This document shows positions 12,548-25,265 of a stretch of DNA of 64,000 bases, piece by piece. Made by a program: the position numbers and the translations under genes. The first letter of the stretch is position 1; each line of letters opens with the position of its first letter. This DNA is from Amoeboaphelidium protococcarum X5 (lineage: Eukaryota; Fungi; Aphelidiomycota): NCBI GenBank assembly GCA_023515725.1, contig JALDTO010000237.1, forward strand, positions 248,001 through 312,000. Direction: 5' to 3'. Below the pieces are notes generated by a model that saw only the letters and a list, made by a program, of their open reading frames with translations, had not been told where the DNA came from and did no database searches.

Positions 12548-14082
12548 TCACATCTTATCACTTACCCTTTGGAACCGAATTCTCTATTGGCGACGAAACA
12601 GCACCACCGCAGCATATGCAGCTGATAGATAGAAAACTGATAAAGCAAATACTTCCACGGTGTACAGAGACTCAAAATCATGCATACCGAGGAATAGCTT
12701 AACTTGACATGTTTTGCGTGCTTATGCAATCTACGCCAACTAATAATCATGCTCACAGTGCGATGGCAGAGAAGGCTGTTCGTTAGTGAGCACATTACGT
12801 AGATACATCATTTTCTTCTACTTCAAACGATAAGGATGGAACAGCTAGATAAGATCTTCAACCACCAGATGCGGGAGGATGTTTGCCTAATCCTGGAATG
12901 TATCAGTGCCGACATCAGTTCTAAATTTGTCCACTCTAAAAACACGATTCTTCTTTATAAACTGAAGCTCCTTCACCTAATCATATGGTACAATCCATGC
13001 GTATTGCTACCCATTGGCCTTCAGAAACCCGTAAGTCTTCATGAAATTTAAAAGCAAATCTTCTCCATTGGAGAGAATCTAGTGCATATCAATGACGACG
13101 TCAATCTTACCACTTTTCATCAAAATTGCCTAAAACTCACTGACGCTCTCGTACTTCCTCTCATCGCGAAACAGCTTTCCACCAGCAGCCTCGATCAATG
13201 CTTTGAGGTACAAATTACTTTCAAAATACCAATGCTAATTCTTCTTATTACGAACATTCTCCTCGCGATCAATATAGGTGTATGCGCCGCGATAATTGAT
13301 TATAGCAACGATGGGCTTTGGCGTCTACGGCCTAGAGTGGCTCTTCAAACATTCAAATTAGCCTTGCACATGATGAAATATCTAATTTGCCACCTTCTCT
13401 TTGTTGAAGAACAGAGCCAAAAACTTTACCCACTCCAATCTAGCCACCGGATTTACATCCTCAAGTGCATTGAATGATACTCGCTTATTATCAGGGTCTT
13501 TGATCTAATCAATTAGAATATCAACGTATTGCTCCGGTTTACCTAGCTGCTCGTACATCAACGCTGGCGTATATGACAGTTTAAACATTTTACCTTCATC
13601 CGCTCTGCGCTTAAGACAGGTCGAACTGCTTAGATCAGCTTTCGCTGCACTCTTGACTGCTTTGATCTCACCAAGTAGCTCCAAGTACGGTAGAATATAC
13701 GGTTGAAGCACAGAGACTGATGTAATAGGAACTTGAATCACTTTTTGATTCGAATCGGCCACTGGTTTTGGAGATCCGCACTGATAGAGGATGTATTGTT
13801 CATCTGTCACCTTGTTGTGGACAATCTTATGGTCTTTTTCATAACTGACTACATCGAATTGAAACACACAGAATAATGATAATTTTATGTAAATAAGTAG
13901 ATTATGAATATCTCACCTGAAAATAGATTACTCTTCTCAGTATGCGTCTTGTCAGGGAAATAATCAATATCAAATTGGTAATCTTCGGCGCATTTGCCGT
14001 CTATGATATTGCTGGTGAGAGGCGATCCTCCTGATACTAAAGATGCGACTATAGCTTTTAGCAAAAGAGTCTTAAGATTCAT
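12548..14082 (-). CDS. CBA1: CBA1-like cobalamin acquisition protein (BtuF/periplasmic-binding fold) with signal peptide and C-terminal TM segment
   Basis: Exons 14082-13917 and 13848-12548; intron 13849-13916 (GTGAGA...TGTAG). Motifs DYFPDK, FSVSY, YILYQCG, PVARLEWVKFLALFFNKE, NRVFRVDK, PHLVVEDLIQLFHP and YLRNV. Hydrophobic tail followed by RRQQRIR. Confidence 0.75.
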
Positions 14083-14258
14083 CTTTATGATTAATTATCG
14101 AGTGGAATTTTAAGTTGAAGAATTCTAGCAGTAATTTGATAAGTTTGACTAAGCACTGCAAAAGTGATCTCTAAGTGACCATGTCCAAATGGTTACCATG
14201 GTTACGAAAATGAGCGATTAACTTGATCTCCTCCACTAAAACTGCATAGAAAGAGAAA

Positions 14259-15047
14259 ATGGCAAAAGATTAGCAGAGCCTGTAAAGCAACTCTAGCTGG
14301 TATACGAAAGCTTATTAGTATTGGGATTAAACTGAAGCGACTGTTGATGGAATGCTCGGCGGATTATCTAAAGTGCATCAGCCTGATATCCAAGGATCTA
14401 AAGCGTTGATTCGAGAAATTTAGACGCGTTATCCCGGGGCACTACAACGCACATCAGATGGAAATAATCTGATTGCGTGCGAAATCGGTGCTGGTATAGG
14501 AAGAATAACTAAGGCTTTACTGGTAAATATTTGCGATAAAGTTGACGTGGTGGAGCCAACATTGGCGTTTGTATAAAAACTTGCCGACAATTTGAACGAA
14601 TGTCCTCAGTTGGGCTCAATATTCCAAGTGCCTGCGAATGATTTTCAGTTTCCTCTGGATAAATATTCTCTTGTGTGGGCTCAATGGGTGTTACAACACC
14701 TCACGGACGATGATCTAGTGAAATTCTTATATGATGCTTGCAGAGCGGTCAAAGCATAGAATGGCGTAGTTGTCGTTAAAGAGAATTTTCTACGATCAAT
14801 TGCTACATATGATGAACAGCATTTTGATATTACAGACTCTAACGATGTAAAGCGCTGTGATTACACGGCATTTGATAGTAGTCATTACGCGTACGATGCT
14901 GAGGATTCAAGTGTCACACGGTCCGAGAGGCTGTGGTGTAGTTTAATTAGAAAAGCTGGATGCAAAATTCTGTTCGCCGTGAAATAGACTGGATTTCCAG
15001 ACAATTTATTCCCCGTCCGTATGATGATATTATAATCGAAAGACTGA
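14259..15047 (+). CDS. NTMT1: Alpha-N-terminal protein methyltransferase 1 (Tae1/Ntm1)
   Basis: YWDQTEATVDGMLGG, EIGAGIGRIT, VWAQWVLQHLTD, VVVKEN, DAEDSSVTRS, QTGFPDNLFPVRM. TGA 15045-15047. Confidence 0.92.
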
Positions 15048-15369
15048 TCAAGAGTAAAGATTACGATTAAGAGTAATGAATTGTCTAATACAAAGTACTG
15101 TCTCCGCTTGTGTGAATTTATCTGTATATTGATACAGAACTTAGATTTATCAGTATGAATATTTAGTTTCTTACTACGCCAGGTCAGCGACAAGTGACTT
15201 ACAGTACACGAGTTTATACATTATTGAAGTTACATCTATTGCGCACAATGTATCATGTAACCGCGTGCCGTTCAAAAAGTCATGCACAAGGAACGTGGTA
15301 ATATTTGAACACGAAGCCGTACATGTCATTGGACAATGACCGCCTGTGATCACTGCATGGTTGCATGGA

Positions 15370-15555
15370 AAGCTTATTGGTTGCAGTTTATACGCCTATA
15401 AAAGCACAAATATAGCCTGATCCTTCGTCTTCTTATCCACAACAACATCTAATAAATTCAAGTAATAAAACTATCTAGAATCCTAACTAATCTGACATTA
15501 TGAAATACTAACTGACTACTGCTTTTGCTGCTCTGATCGCGTCCGTCTATGGTAT
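15370..15555 (+). repeat. Duplicated promoter/5'UTR/signal-peptide segment (copy 1; copy 2 at ~19068-19248)
   Basis: Both loci share GCTTATTGG...TATAAAAGCACAAA...CATCTAATA...TAATAAAACTATCTAGAAT...TCTGACA.TATGAAATACTAACTGACTACTGCTTTTGCTGCTCTGATCGCGTCCG. Confidence 0.85.
15397..15405 (+). promoter_or_regulatory. TATA box (TATAAAAGC) with upstream ATTGG (inverted CCAAT), small secreted gene A
   Basis: 103 nt upstream of ATG 15500; ATTGG at 15376-15380. The same layout occurs at 19095 and at 25828 (minus strand). Confidence 0.6.
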
Positions 15556-15919
15556 GCCTAGCGAATACCATCCTGAGAGCACTTCCACCTTTGGCAATTC
15601 TTACGCCGTGTTTCAGCGCTTCAGCTCATCTGATTGCTCCGGTGAAGCCCAAGGCCCTTACAAAGCTGTCGTTGCTACTGTAAACCAGTGCACTTCGCTG
15701 GGTGATGTCTCTCTGAAGGTCTCAAACTCTGTGGACACTATCCTTTAATACGAGGTCGAGACCTTTAACGGTGTCGGATGTAAGGCTGAGTATGCCTATG
15801 ATGAACAATAGGTGTTTCCTGTTGTGAAAGGCATTTATCAGGTTGGCCAATGTTCTGCAACGGCCTAGGGAAGCTCCAAGCTGATTGCCGTGAATCAGCA
15901 CGTGATCCCTAAGGAATGA
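15500..15919 (+). CDS. Small secreted 4-Cys protein, paralog A (139 aa)
   Basis: Signal MKYQLTTAFAALIASVYG; FQRFSSSDCSG...TVNQC...YEVETFNGVGCK...FPVVKGIYQVGQC. Aligns with three neighbouring genes. TGA 15917-15919. Confidence 0.88.
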
Positions 15920-16464
15920 TCGAATTATGAAGAAATTCAGGTTGAATTGGAATAAAAAATAAAATGCAATGCAATAACATAAGTCCCTTTATTTTCTTTA
16001 ACTACCGTGTCCGTCGTCAAAAGGCGCTTTTCACCACAAAATAAGCCGCGTGTCCAGCTTTTCTCTATAAAGTACGCTAGCTTCACAGACTTCCCTGCCT
16101 AACTATTATGCTTAACAGCCTTCTAAAATGAGTACAGCAAACATCTGGCTATGATATTGAAATACGATCTTCATACCACCTTATTAGATTCTGTTTAATT
16201 CTTAATTTGCAGCGATGTAACCAAGTGATCAAAGATGTGACATTGAATTTGAAATAATTGGCTGGGAATCTAGAAATGAGTTGGATAACAATGCAGAATC
16301 TCGTGAATCGGATTGCTCTCATGTTGACTGGAGAATGGACGTAGTCCATCATCTTTTCGATTTACCTAAAAGAAATTAGATTACATCTTTATAATTGGAG
16401 TAGCATTCAATTTATATAAATTTTACACTACAAAGATCAATCAATTCAGTTGGAAATCGCATAT

Positions 16465-16881
16465 ATGGAATACAAACTGATAACTGCTTTCGCTGCTCTA
16501 ATCGCTTTTACATCTGGAAGATCTATTGTGGTGCCCCTATCCAATGCAACGGTTGGTGACTCTTACGCCGTGTTTTAAAGCTTTGACAATTCCAATTGCT
16601 CTGGCGACACTACTGGTCGCAATTCGGTTATAGCCGCCACCGTCAACAGTTGCACTTCCTTGGAGAACACGTCTTTGTAGGTCATTCGCTCTCCAGGTCC
16701 TATCGTTTAATTTAAAGTCAAGACATTCATTGGTTTTGGATGTCAGAGTAAATTTGCCATGCCAGAAAGTATTGCCCTACCTGTCATTCAAAGCACTTAT
16801 AAAGTTAATTAGTGTAAGACGATTGGTAATTAAAGTTCCAAATTGATCGGTGTTAGCTATCACATGAAATTGAAACAGTGA
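16465..16881 (+). CDS. Small secreted 4-Cys protein, paralog B (138 aa)
   Basis: MEYKLITAFAALIAFTSG; FQSFDNSNCSG...TVNSC...FKVKTFIGFGCQ...LPVIQSTYKVNQC. Absent from the ORF track because of TAR codons. Confidence 0.85.
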
Positions 16882-18097
16882 TTCTTCATTATTAAAAGTG
16901 ATAACAGTTAGAGTGACATTATCGATTAACACACTGAAATTTTTCTTTAATAATATAATCAAGCAGTATTATAAAGGTTTCAACCGTTTATTTATTTCTG
17001 AGTATTGAAGAGAGAGAAAAGAGTCTGCACACCGTAGAAAATATCCATACATGTATGTTTCTTTGCTTCTTAGGCTATTGTTTCAATATATAGCACAAAA
17101 CAATTGCATATACACTACAATAAGAAAATAGACGCACCATTTGCATGCAAATAACCAAAAGCAAAAGTATCTTACTCACGAATTTGAATCTGCTTTCTAT
17201 GTGTCTGCATGATTACTGTAAAGTATACAGCAAGATGTGAATGAAGAAGTTTTTAAACTGCATTTCGTATGACCTGTAGATGCACTGGAAGGAACTGAGT
17301 GCCAGCAACACTAGTGTAAATGAAAAGGTTATGTATAGAGTTACTTTGCCGTAACGCGTCACAAACTTAGTTACGGCCCAGGCCAGAGAAGCTTTGGTCA
17401 GGGCACTTACCCTTGGCCCTTGATTGACAGACAACCGCCACAAGGAATTGTAAGATAACGAATTCACCCGTTTGTTCAACTTCTTAATCATATGGTAGGG
17501 CTTTCATTCCTACTTATTGTCACTGAAAGTGCCAAAAGTGGAATTCTTATACAGCACAAGATCTGCTCAATTCTAATTACCATTGTCAACATGCGCACTT
17601 CGCCAGGATCATGCAGATTTACGGGAATCATTGTGCGTAACGTCATGTCTTTTGAACAATATTATCATTAACTAAATATATTTTGATAGATGTAGTTCTT
17701 TCGTTGTTTTAACTAGTAAGCTTAAGAAGGCACTAACTCACAAATTCCTTCACTTTTTATGTTCAGAACTGACAACTTTCCATTTCTGAATGTAACGATC
17801 TCTTCGTAGTCATCGATAAGCATTTACAAAAGGACCTATGACATAATGCACTGTATAACCTCGTGAAAAATACACAAACCTCTTGATTAACAGGAGTACA
17901 ATCATGTGTCGTCTTTATAACGCTATATAAAAACACGCTCTTGGACTACGTCATCCATCGATCAAACACGTTCAGGGGCTGTCAAATAGCCAGCAAGGTT
18001 CAAGCGCACAATAAAAGCTCAGAGGGCGTATGACGTTTCTTTTCTTCGCGCCATACTCAAAATAATTAAATTAATCTATATAGAATAACTTGACAGA

Positions 18098-18499
18098 ATG
18101 AAGTTAGTATTAACGGCTGCTTTTGTTGCTTTGATCGCGTCCGTTTATGGTCATCCACATACGCATGCAAAAACTGGTACCACTGTTCTCTTGTTCCAGA
18201 GTTTCGACACTACTGATTGCTCTGGGCCAACGGACATTTTAAAACTTGTCGTCTCTTCTGCTGACAAGTGTACTCTTCAGGCTGCTAATCAGAGCGTCGT
18301 TTCATTGCAGGCAACTTAAATTGATACCAGCGATGCAACTACCTATGAGGTGAAGACGTATAATGGCGCTGATTGTAAGAGCGAATCTGCTATCGAAGCC
18401 TCCCAAGTTTCCCCTGTCGTGTAGGGCACCTATGCGGTTGGGCAATGTGTCGGGGCAGCCACAGGAAGCACTTTGTTGTTTGGCACTAAGTTTCTATGA
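18098..18499 (+). CDS. Small secreted 4-Cys protein, paralog C (133 aa)
   Basis: MKLVLTAAFVALIASVYG; FQSFDTTDCSG...SADKC...YEVKTYNGADCK...SPVVQGTYAVGQC. TGA 18497-18499. Confidence 0.88.
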
Positions 18500-19094
18500 T
18501 CCTCAAGATTTGATGATCGAGTAATGAGTGAAGTGAAATGAGGCGGCGTTTAAAAATATAAATAAATGTTTTTCAAGTATCACGTATTTCATTCTTGGTC
18601 TTACCGAATACCGTTTCGCTACTAACCTTAGCGTAAGAACGCGGCGCAGCAGCATTGCGGTGGATTGTTCGATCAAGATCTGACACCAAGTAATGCACTA
18701 AGTATAGTTTGTATTATTTTGCTGGCAGGCTGCGGATCTAAATTTTACACTATCTTGGTATTATTAATATATTTACTATTCGAACAAACCTATGGATCTA
18801 TGCTTAAACATATTAATTGTATCCTCAATATACTAAGGATTACTTACTTATACACTTCAATGACCAGTCTTAATGGCTTGGCGTCACGGGTGCTTCATTT
18901 AGAAAGTATTCAAGTTACATCCACGATTAAAAAATTTGTGATGCTACCGTGTGACGCCGCGCGTGTCATTTATATGAGCACGATTAGAACAAGTGACTTT
19001 TACTGTAACCTAGAAATACCTTGCATTGGCTCATGAGGAAGAGCTGTGGGTTGCATTGTAGCATAGAATGCTTATTGGTCAGAAGATGCCTGGT

Positions 19095-19103
19095 TATAAA
19101 AGC
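19095..19103 (+). promoter_or_regulatory. TATA box (TATAAAAGC), small secreted gene D
   Basis: 100 nt upstream of ATG 19195; ATTGG at 19074-19078. Confidence 0.6.
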
Positions 19104-19194
19104 ACAAAACATAGCCATTTTTATTTTTCTCTTATCACAACATCTAATATATTTGAATAATAAAACTATCTAGAATACTTACCAATCTGACAAT

Positions 19195-19623
19195 ATGAAA
19201 TACTAACTGACTACTGCTTTTGCTGCTCTGATCGCGTCCGCTTATGGTTTGCCTAACGCCAATAATCTTGATAGCACTTCCAACTCTGAAGTATGGCAAG
19301 TCGTGTTTCAGCGCTTCGCCTCTTCTGATTGCTCTGGCGATGCTCTGGGGCCAAGCATGGTTGTCATTGCCACTCTTGACGGTTGTACATATATGGATAA
19401 TGTGTCGGTAAAAGTCTCACAACTTGCGCTTGAGGAATACCCATATCTCTATGAGGTAAAGACCTTTAATGGCGGCAATTGTAAGAATGAATCTGCCATT
19501 GATCAAGAGCAATCCTTTCCTGTTGTCCAGGGCAATTACTAGCTCGGGCAATGTGTCTCAAATGCTGAAGGAAGCTCTAGGCTTCTTGGCATGTCTCATA
19601 CAAACAAGACGCCTAGGTAATGA
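19195..19623 (+). CDS. Small secreted 4-Cys protein, paralog D (142 aa)
   Basis: MKYQLTTAFAALIASAYG; FQRFASSDCSG...TLDGC...YEVKTFNGGNCK...FPVVQGNYQLGQC. TGA 19621-19623. Confidence 0.88.
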
Positions 19624-19872
19624 TTGATGGTGATAGTAGTGAGTGGAAATATAATTTTAAGCAATTTGTTTTAACTCTACACTTTTTTAAATCTTGATTG
19701 CGTTTTTAAAGCGGACCTTTCAAGGTGCTTTAATCTCTGCGCCAAAAAGCTCTTAAAATTTTATCGTTTGTTCGCCATGTCTGTTCTCATGAGAGCTTTT
19801 AAGTTTTGAGTCTGATCTTTTTACTTTTACCTCTGCATTTATCATAACTAGGCACAGTAGGTATTTTGAACT

Positions 19873-20898
19873 ATGAAAGAATTCAATTCTATTCCTCTGG
19901 ATGTCAAGGAGCTCCCACCTGTTGGATCAGTGGTGAAAATAAATGGATAATCCTACGCAGTGTGTCTAAATGAGGATGAGAACCGAGGTGAGCAGTCGGA
20001 TGAGATGATCCAGAGATTGAATAGAATAAACTCCATCTTGCAGTAGTTTAATAATGGAGATGCTTTGCTTCAGAATAGAAATTAGATGTAGTAGCCTATT
20101 GGTTAATAACAGCCAGTAGTCGCTGGTCAATAGAATCCAAGAGTTCGAGTGATTGAGTTGAATTTTGGCATTAACCTTGCATTTATGGGCGAGTTGATTT
20201 ACAATTTCCTCAAGTTCTGGTTTGTTGGCTTTTTATTTACTAGCGGAAGTACTTCGGGATGGCGTAATGTTGGAATATGGGTGGTGTCTGTCATTGGATT
20301 TCTTTATACTGTTGGCTTTATCACGTATCTTTAAAACTTAATATCTGGTCCCGCTAATGGTGGTAATAATGCGATACACGCGGTCCGTTAGTAATAGTAG
20401 CAAAATGCTCCGGATGCGTAACAGTTGCGATAGAATGAACTGGGATAGGATGGAGCATAGGCCCAATAGTAGTAGTAGCATTTGTAGTAACCGCAATAGT
20501 AGTAATAGCAGCCTAATAATTTGGCTGTTAGAGTCAATTAGATTGGTCAACGTCATCCATGGCTGGGCACTTCTGCTGCATTTTTAGGCAGTCTTTTACC
20601 TGGATTTGAGAATGCTCTTCTTACCAATAACAATGACGTTAATGTCGGTGTCATTGACTAGCCGCCTGCTGCAGACATTGTCCTCGATAGTTCACAGTAA
20701 CTATAGCAGGAATCTTCATCAGAGTAATAATAACAAGATTAGAATAGTCAGTAAGGTCAAAGTTCAGGTGGTATAAAGGCAGATGTTATTATTGATGAAT
20801 AGACTGACATTCAAGGTCATTAAAATCAGTCACAACTCGGGATATCGTCATAAGATGTCGATTAGCGACAAGGATATGCCCAAAGTGAACAAGATTGA
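19873..20898 (+). CDS. Gln-rich membrane protein resembling the C-terminal half of Herp/Usa1 (ERAD scaffold)
   Basis: Open with TAR=Gln. Two TM-like stretches (FLKFWFVGFLFT; WRNVGIWVVSVIGFLYTVGF), poly-Gln written as TAG/TAA runs, then AFLGSLLPG (compare Herp FFASLLP). No UBL domain seen; the start codon is uncertain. Confidence 0.6.
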
Positions 20899-20969
20899 AT
20901 ATATTGTGGTACTTTGCGCAATTACCCTGCGTATTTATTAGTTCATCAAAGTCTTTTCATTTAATTATA

Positions 20970-23348
20970 TCAACGATTTTTAGCAATATCTGAAAAATAT
21001 TCACACAGATCATTGACAGTCACCTGTAGATGCAGATCAGATCCAGGGAAACACTTGAGGATCATGGCTTCAAAATCTGAATGCAAACGGAGGTACTGCT
21101 CTTAAACATTTCGCCATACAACTTACAGAAGACCAGAGTTATCTTGAAAATGCTTCTCCACGCGTTTAAATAGAGAATCAAGGCCCTTCTTGAAATCTTT
21201 GCCGCTATACTAAGCCAGAATCTTCTTCAATGCCGTTCTGTTATAGCCAAAGTGGTAGCCCACCTCCTCGGGCGATTTAGTTTTCAGCAAATCCTGAACT
21301 CCCTCATAGAATTCAAGCAGCTTATGCAATGGTCTTCTAATGACAGTCTTGGTATACGTGTTCAAATGACCATCATACTGCTACTTACAATACTTGACAT
21401 GCACATCCAGACATTGCAGTTTTATACCTCTACTCTCATTATAGAGATGATGCATATTCTCAATCATCATGATCAGGTAGTTAAGCACCTCCTTGTTATC
21501 ATCATCGGCAGCTACAGCTGGATTAACACCTTCTGATAGTTCATTAGTCGACTCATCATTGGCATCCCGGCCAACCTGGTGCAATAGCTCAAACATAACT
21601 TTGGCAATCTTATCATACGCAGCGTCGAGTAACTTTCTAGAATCAAAATCATTATACTCGGGAAGCATATAAGATTCAATACGCCGCACAAATTGTGGAT
21701 AAGTCTCTATGAAAGGAACTAGTCCGAATCTCTTCTTTACCGATATTTTAGTTTCTTCAATAGCCTTGATTTACTCCTGAATGAATAGTTCAAATACAGA
21801 GGACAGTCTTTCACTGAGTTGTAGAAGGAGCTGATCATTCACAAATGGGCAAAATTTCTATCTCCACTCCTTTCTGTAGGAATCGATTATACAGAGAATA
21901 GCCGGTAACGGGGCAATATCAGTCTTGAGAACATAATCAACCAGGCTGAGCACATCTGCCGCTGTCTCTGAGAAAATCTGTCCAGTTAACTCACCAGTCT
22001 TCTTTACCATCTTCAACTCTTTCACAGCCTCTTTGCGTATAGTCAGCTCATCTATTATTTCTTTCTAACTCAACTCAATAGGTTTACATCCGGCTAAAGA
22101 GAATAGCTCGATTATAACATTTTACTCACGAACGACAGCCAGACCCAGAGACTCGAGGCATTTGCGAAAACTTACATCAGGCTTTATCTTGTCTTCTTCA
22201 CGAATAACAACAGAATTTACCAAGCTCGTAGTATCACTTGACGGTTCTTTAACGTGTCCACTCACACTATGATTATGATGGTGTCCAAAGGCTAAACTAG
22301 TGACAGATGCTGTAGATGTGAACTCGGTAATCTTCTTCAGGCCTTTCTTTGACTCTGGACTAGAATTTTTATGATTATCACCAGGAGAAATCTACTAACT
22401 ACTATTGTAAAGCGCATAACTAGAGTCTGTAGATGCATTCTTCTTATGTCTCAGAATACCACTGATACCTTTACTCTTCTGCGGCGACGTTTACTGACTG
22501 AACACCTAAACAGAACTACCGCCTTTGCCATGAGTGAACAGCATACCAGCTTACTCGTCCAAATCGCGTTTGGTATAAATTTTCAAAGTATCAATATATT
22601 CACGGACATCCTTTCGATACAGGCGATTGACTATGGCCACATACGCCAGTAAGAATTCATTGTGCTGTCTCGGATCCACATCCTTCAACCAGTACAACAA
22701 CTTTCGGTATTAGAAAAGAAACTTTATGAATGATTCATGATATGGTATGCTAGGAGACAATTAGGATCTTTTTCTATTAGATTTATTACTGCCACTGACG
22801 GTATCGCCATCTCCGGGCACTAAAAGATCAACATTATAAGCAACTTGATCCTTCATATAATCACACAATCTACCACTGAACTGAGCAGCTAATTGACTAT
22901 AATAAGCGATTCTTTCATTCACAGCACGTAACGATGCTGCCACGGGATCCAACTTCATATGAAGCTTCTACTGCAGCACTGACGTTGCATGCTCCAAATT
23001 AGTAATACCAACATAAGTCTCCAGAGAATCGTATTGTATACATCGAATCACATCATCCGAAACTTCAATGGACTCATGGATTGACTTTAACTACTTCAAC
23101 AGGGATCGCTGATAAGCATTCTAAGACTAGAGTCCCCTGTTCTGCTGCTCAATCATCCTAATGCCTTTGCCCATAGTCTACAGCTCGGTGTGAAATCCCA
23201 GAAGCATAGTCTCCAATAATGACACCTTCTCTAATGAGTCTTTCAACTTGTTAAACATCTCCTAGCTCTACTCTTCAACTTAAATAATAGCATGTACATT
23301 GGCGGCTTCAAGAGCCATCATCTCATCATTCAATCTTGTCTCCTCCAT
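20970..23348 (-). CDS. SEC3: Exocyst complex component Sec3 (EXOC1), apparently lacking the N-terminal PH-like domain
   Basis: RLNDEMMALEAANVHAI, IEQQNRGLQ, MIENMHH, ALKKILAQYSGKDFKKGLDSLFKRVEKHF, LLQVVWR. Single frame, TGA at 20970-20972. Confidence 0.88.
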
Positions 23349-23574
23349 TTCTCTTCTCTAAGACTGATCCTACTGTATATAAAACAAAATTAATGACAAT
23401 GTTGAACAAAGAGTAGGATGGAAAAGCTTTTCAGACCAACAAAATTTGAAACGGAAAAGAGAGACGCGAGACGATTACGTTTAAATTGTTTCGGCCAAAC
23501 TTTCAGGGGCGATAAAGTCTCCCTTATGCATTTGAGTTCCAAGCTTCCTGCAGACAAAGTCAAGGATTGCCATT

Positions 23575-24325
23575 ATGAAGCAAAATGGTTTACCTTTGGT
23601 TAAGATGTACTTTGATGTACTGTCTCCTTACACTTATATTGCGTTTACAGTGATTGCTAGGTACCATTCACTTTAGGTATGGACCAATCGCCAAGTACAA
23701 TTTGAGTTTGTCCCTGTGTATCTCGCCGGGGTGATGAAGGTAAATTTGAATGTTATAGTGTCGTCGACTGTACAAAGATGAAATTTTGTAGCTTGCTGAC
23801 AATAGACCGCCCGCAACGGTGCCTTTGAAAGGACAGTACATGTTTAAAGATCTCAAGAGACTGGGCCGAATGAATGATATTCCCATCAAAGTGATGCCTT
23901 CTGTATTTCCAACTAATACGTTGGGCGCTATGCGTTTACTTACAGTTTTGAAGGAGAAGGAGAGTGTGGAAGTTTATCTTAAGGCAGCAAACAAATTATT
24001 TACTAGTTATTGGGCTGAGGATATTGACATTGGTGGAGATTTCTCAAAACTGCTGAAGGATATCATACCAAGCGACAGTCTTAGTAACTACATGGAGCTA
24101 TCGCGTAGTTAAGAATATAAGGACAAACTCAATCAAGAAACGACTGAGGCTGTACAATCTTATGGAATGTTCGGGGCTCCTTATTTCGTCGTTATCAGGC
24201 CACATGAATAAAGTCGCGTTGAAGCATTTTTCGGAAGTGACAGAATTGAATCTCTGGCACAATACTTGAACCTGCCATACCATGGCTTTAATCCATCTAA
24301 AGTGAACTTGAAATAAAAACTTTGA
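23575..24325 (+). CDS. GSTK1: Glutathione S-transferase kappa / HCCA isomerase (DsbA-like)
   Basis: YFDVLSPYTY, PVYLAGVMK|LADNRPPA, FPTNTLGAMR, YGMFGAPYF, FFGSDRIE. Intron 23740-23791. Ends KQKL-TGA. Confidence 0.9.
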
Positions 24326-24548
24326 TTGTCTTGTTAATTTATTTTAAGTTGAATTAAATAATAATTTCAGTCGCCGTATCGATAGCTCAAGTTGAAACCA
24401 AACGTTGCGCGTGAATCCTCATAACTCTGACTCATCCATGGAGACATCATCATAATGCAAACTCTGGCTTACTAGTTGCATCTTATCTCTCATCTAAACA
24501 AAAATTTATTAGTACTCATTCCCAAAACTTATAAAAGATCTAATCATT

Positions 24549-25265
24549 ATGGAGGACGTCATTGAAGTCGAATCTTTATCAAAGTTGTTCTTTATCATTC
24601 ACGGTAAACTGATAAAATTGCGTTGATCATATATAATAACTGTATCATGTGTAGGTATTTTAATGACTATATCCTGGCTGATAGTGGTCCCGCTGGCAAT
24701 TGTATTTGCATTACTCAGAGCTTATCTGATCCATGGTTTTGTCGCACTCGGAGCTGCGATTCTGATGGTGATAGCGTTCGTCTTTGCTGCCGTTGGGACA
24801 ATGCTGGATTTCCACTTAGGCGGCTTGCATCAAATTGCTGGATTTTTGCTCTTCTTTTTCACTGTATTTGTTCAAGTTCCAACTGGAATATTTTCCCTGT
24901 TGAAAAGTTAGAGTGATCAAGCGGATGTTTCTGTTTCTACTGGCAATCCTCGCGCCACAGGTGGCGGTTTGATCAATCTGTTTCACAAATTGTCTGGACA
25001 TGTTTTACCATTGACTGCGCTCCTGGTTATTGGGCTGGGGATATTGGCATTAATTCGCAAATCTTCTGTTGATTTCCTGCAGTATGAGGAGTAGTGGAAG
25101 CTATTTGGGTTTGTATTGTTCGTCTATTATATTGGGTTGTATGTCATGTACTTGGCTATGCGCTCTAAGGGACCAGCTCAGAGTTACCGTGCCATCGCGT
25201 CTAACTAAAGCGTCCGTGAAAAAGAAGGCCAACTGCATGGATCCTTGAAAGCTGTACAGGTGTGA
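24549..25265 (+). CDS. Cytochrome b561-domain membrane protein
   Basis: HG|ILMTISW, IHG, LHQIAG and FHKLSG give four His on TM helices, as in cytochrome b561. Intron 24604-24654. TGA 25263-25265. Confidence 0.75.
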
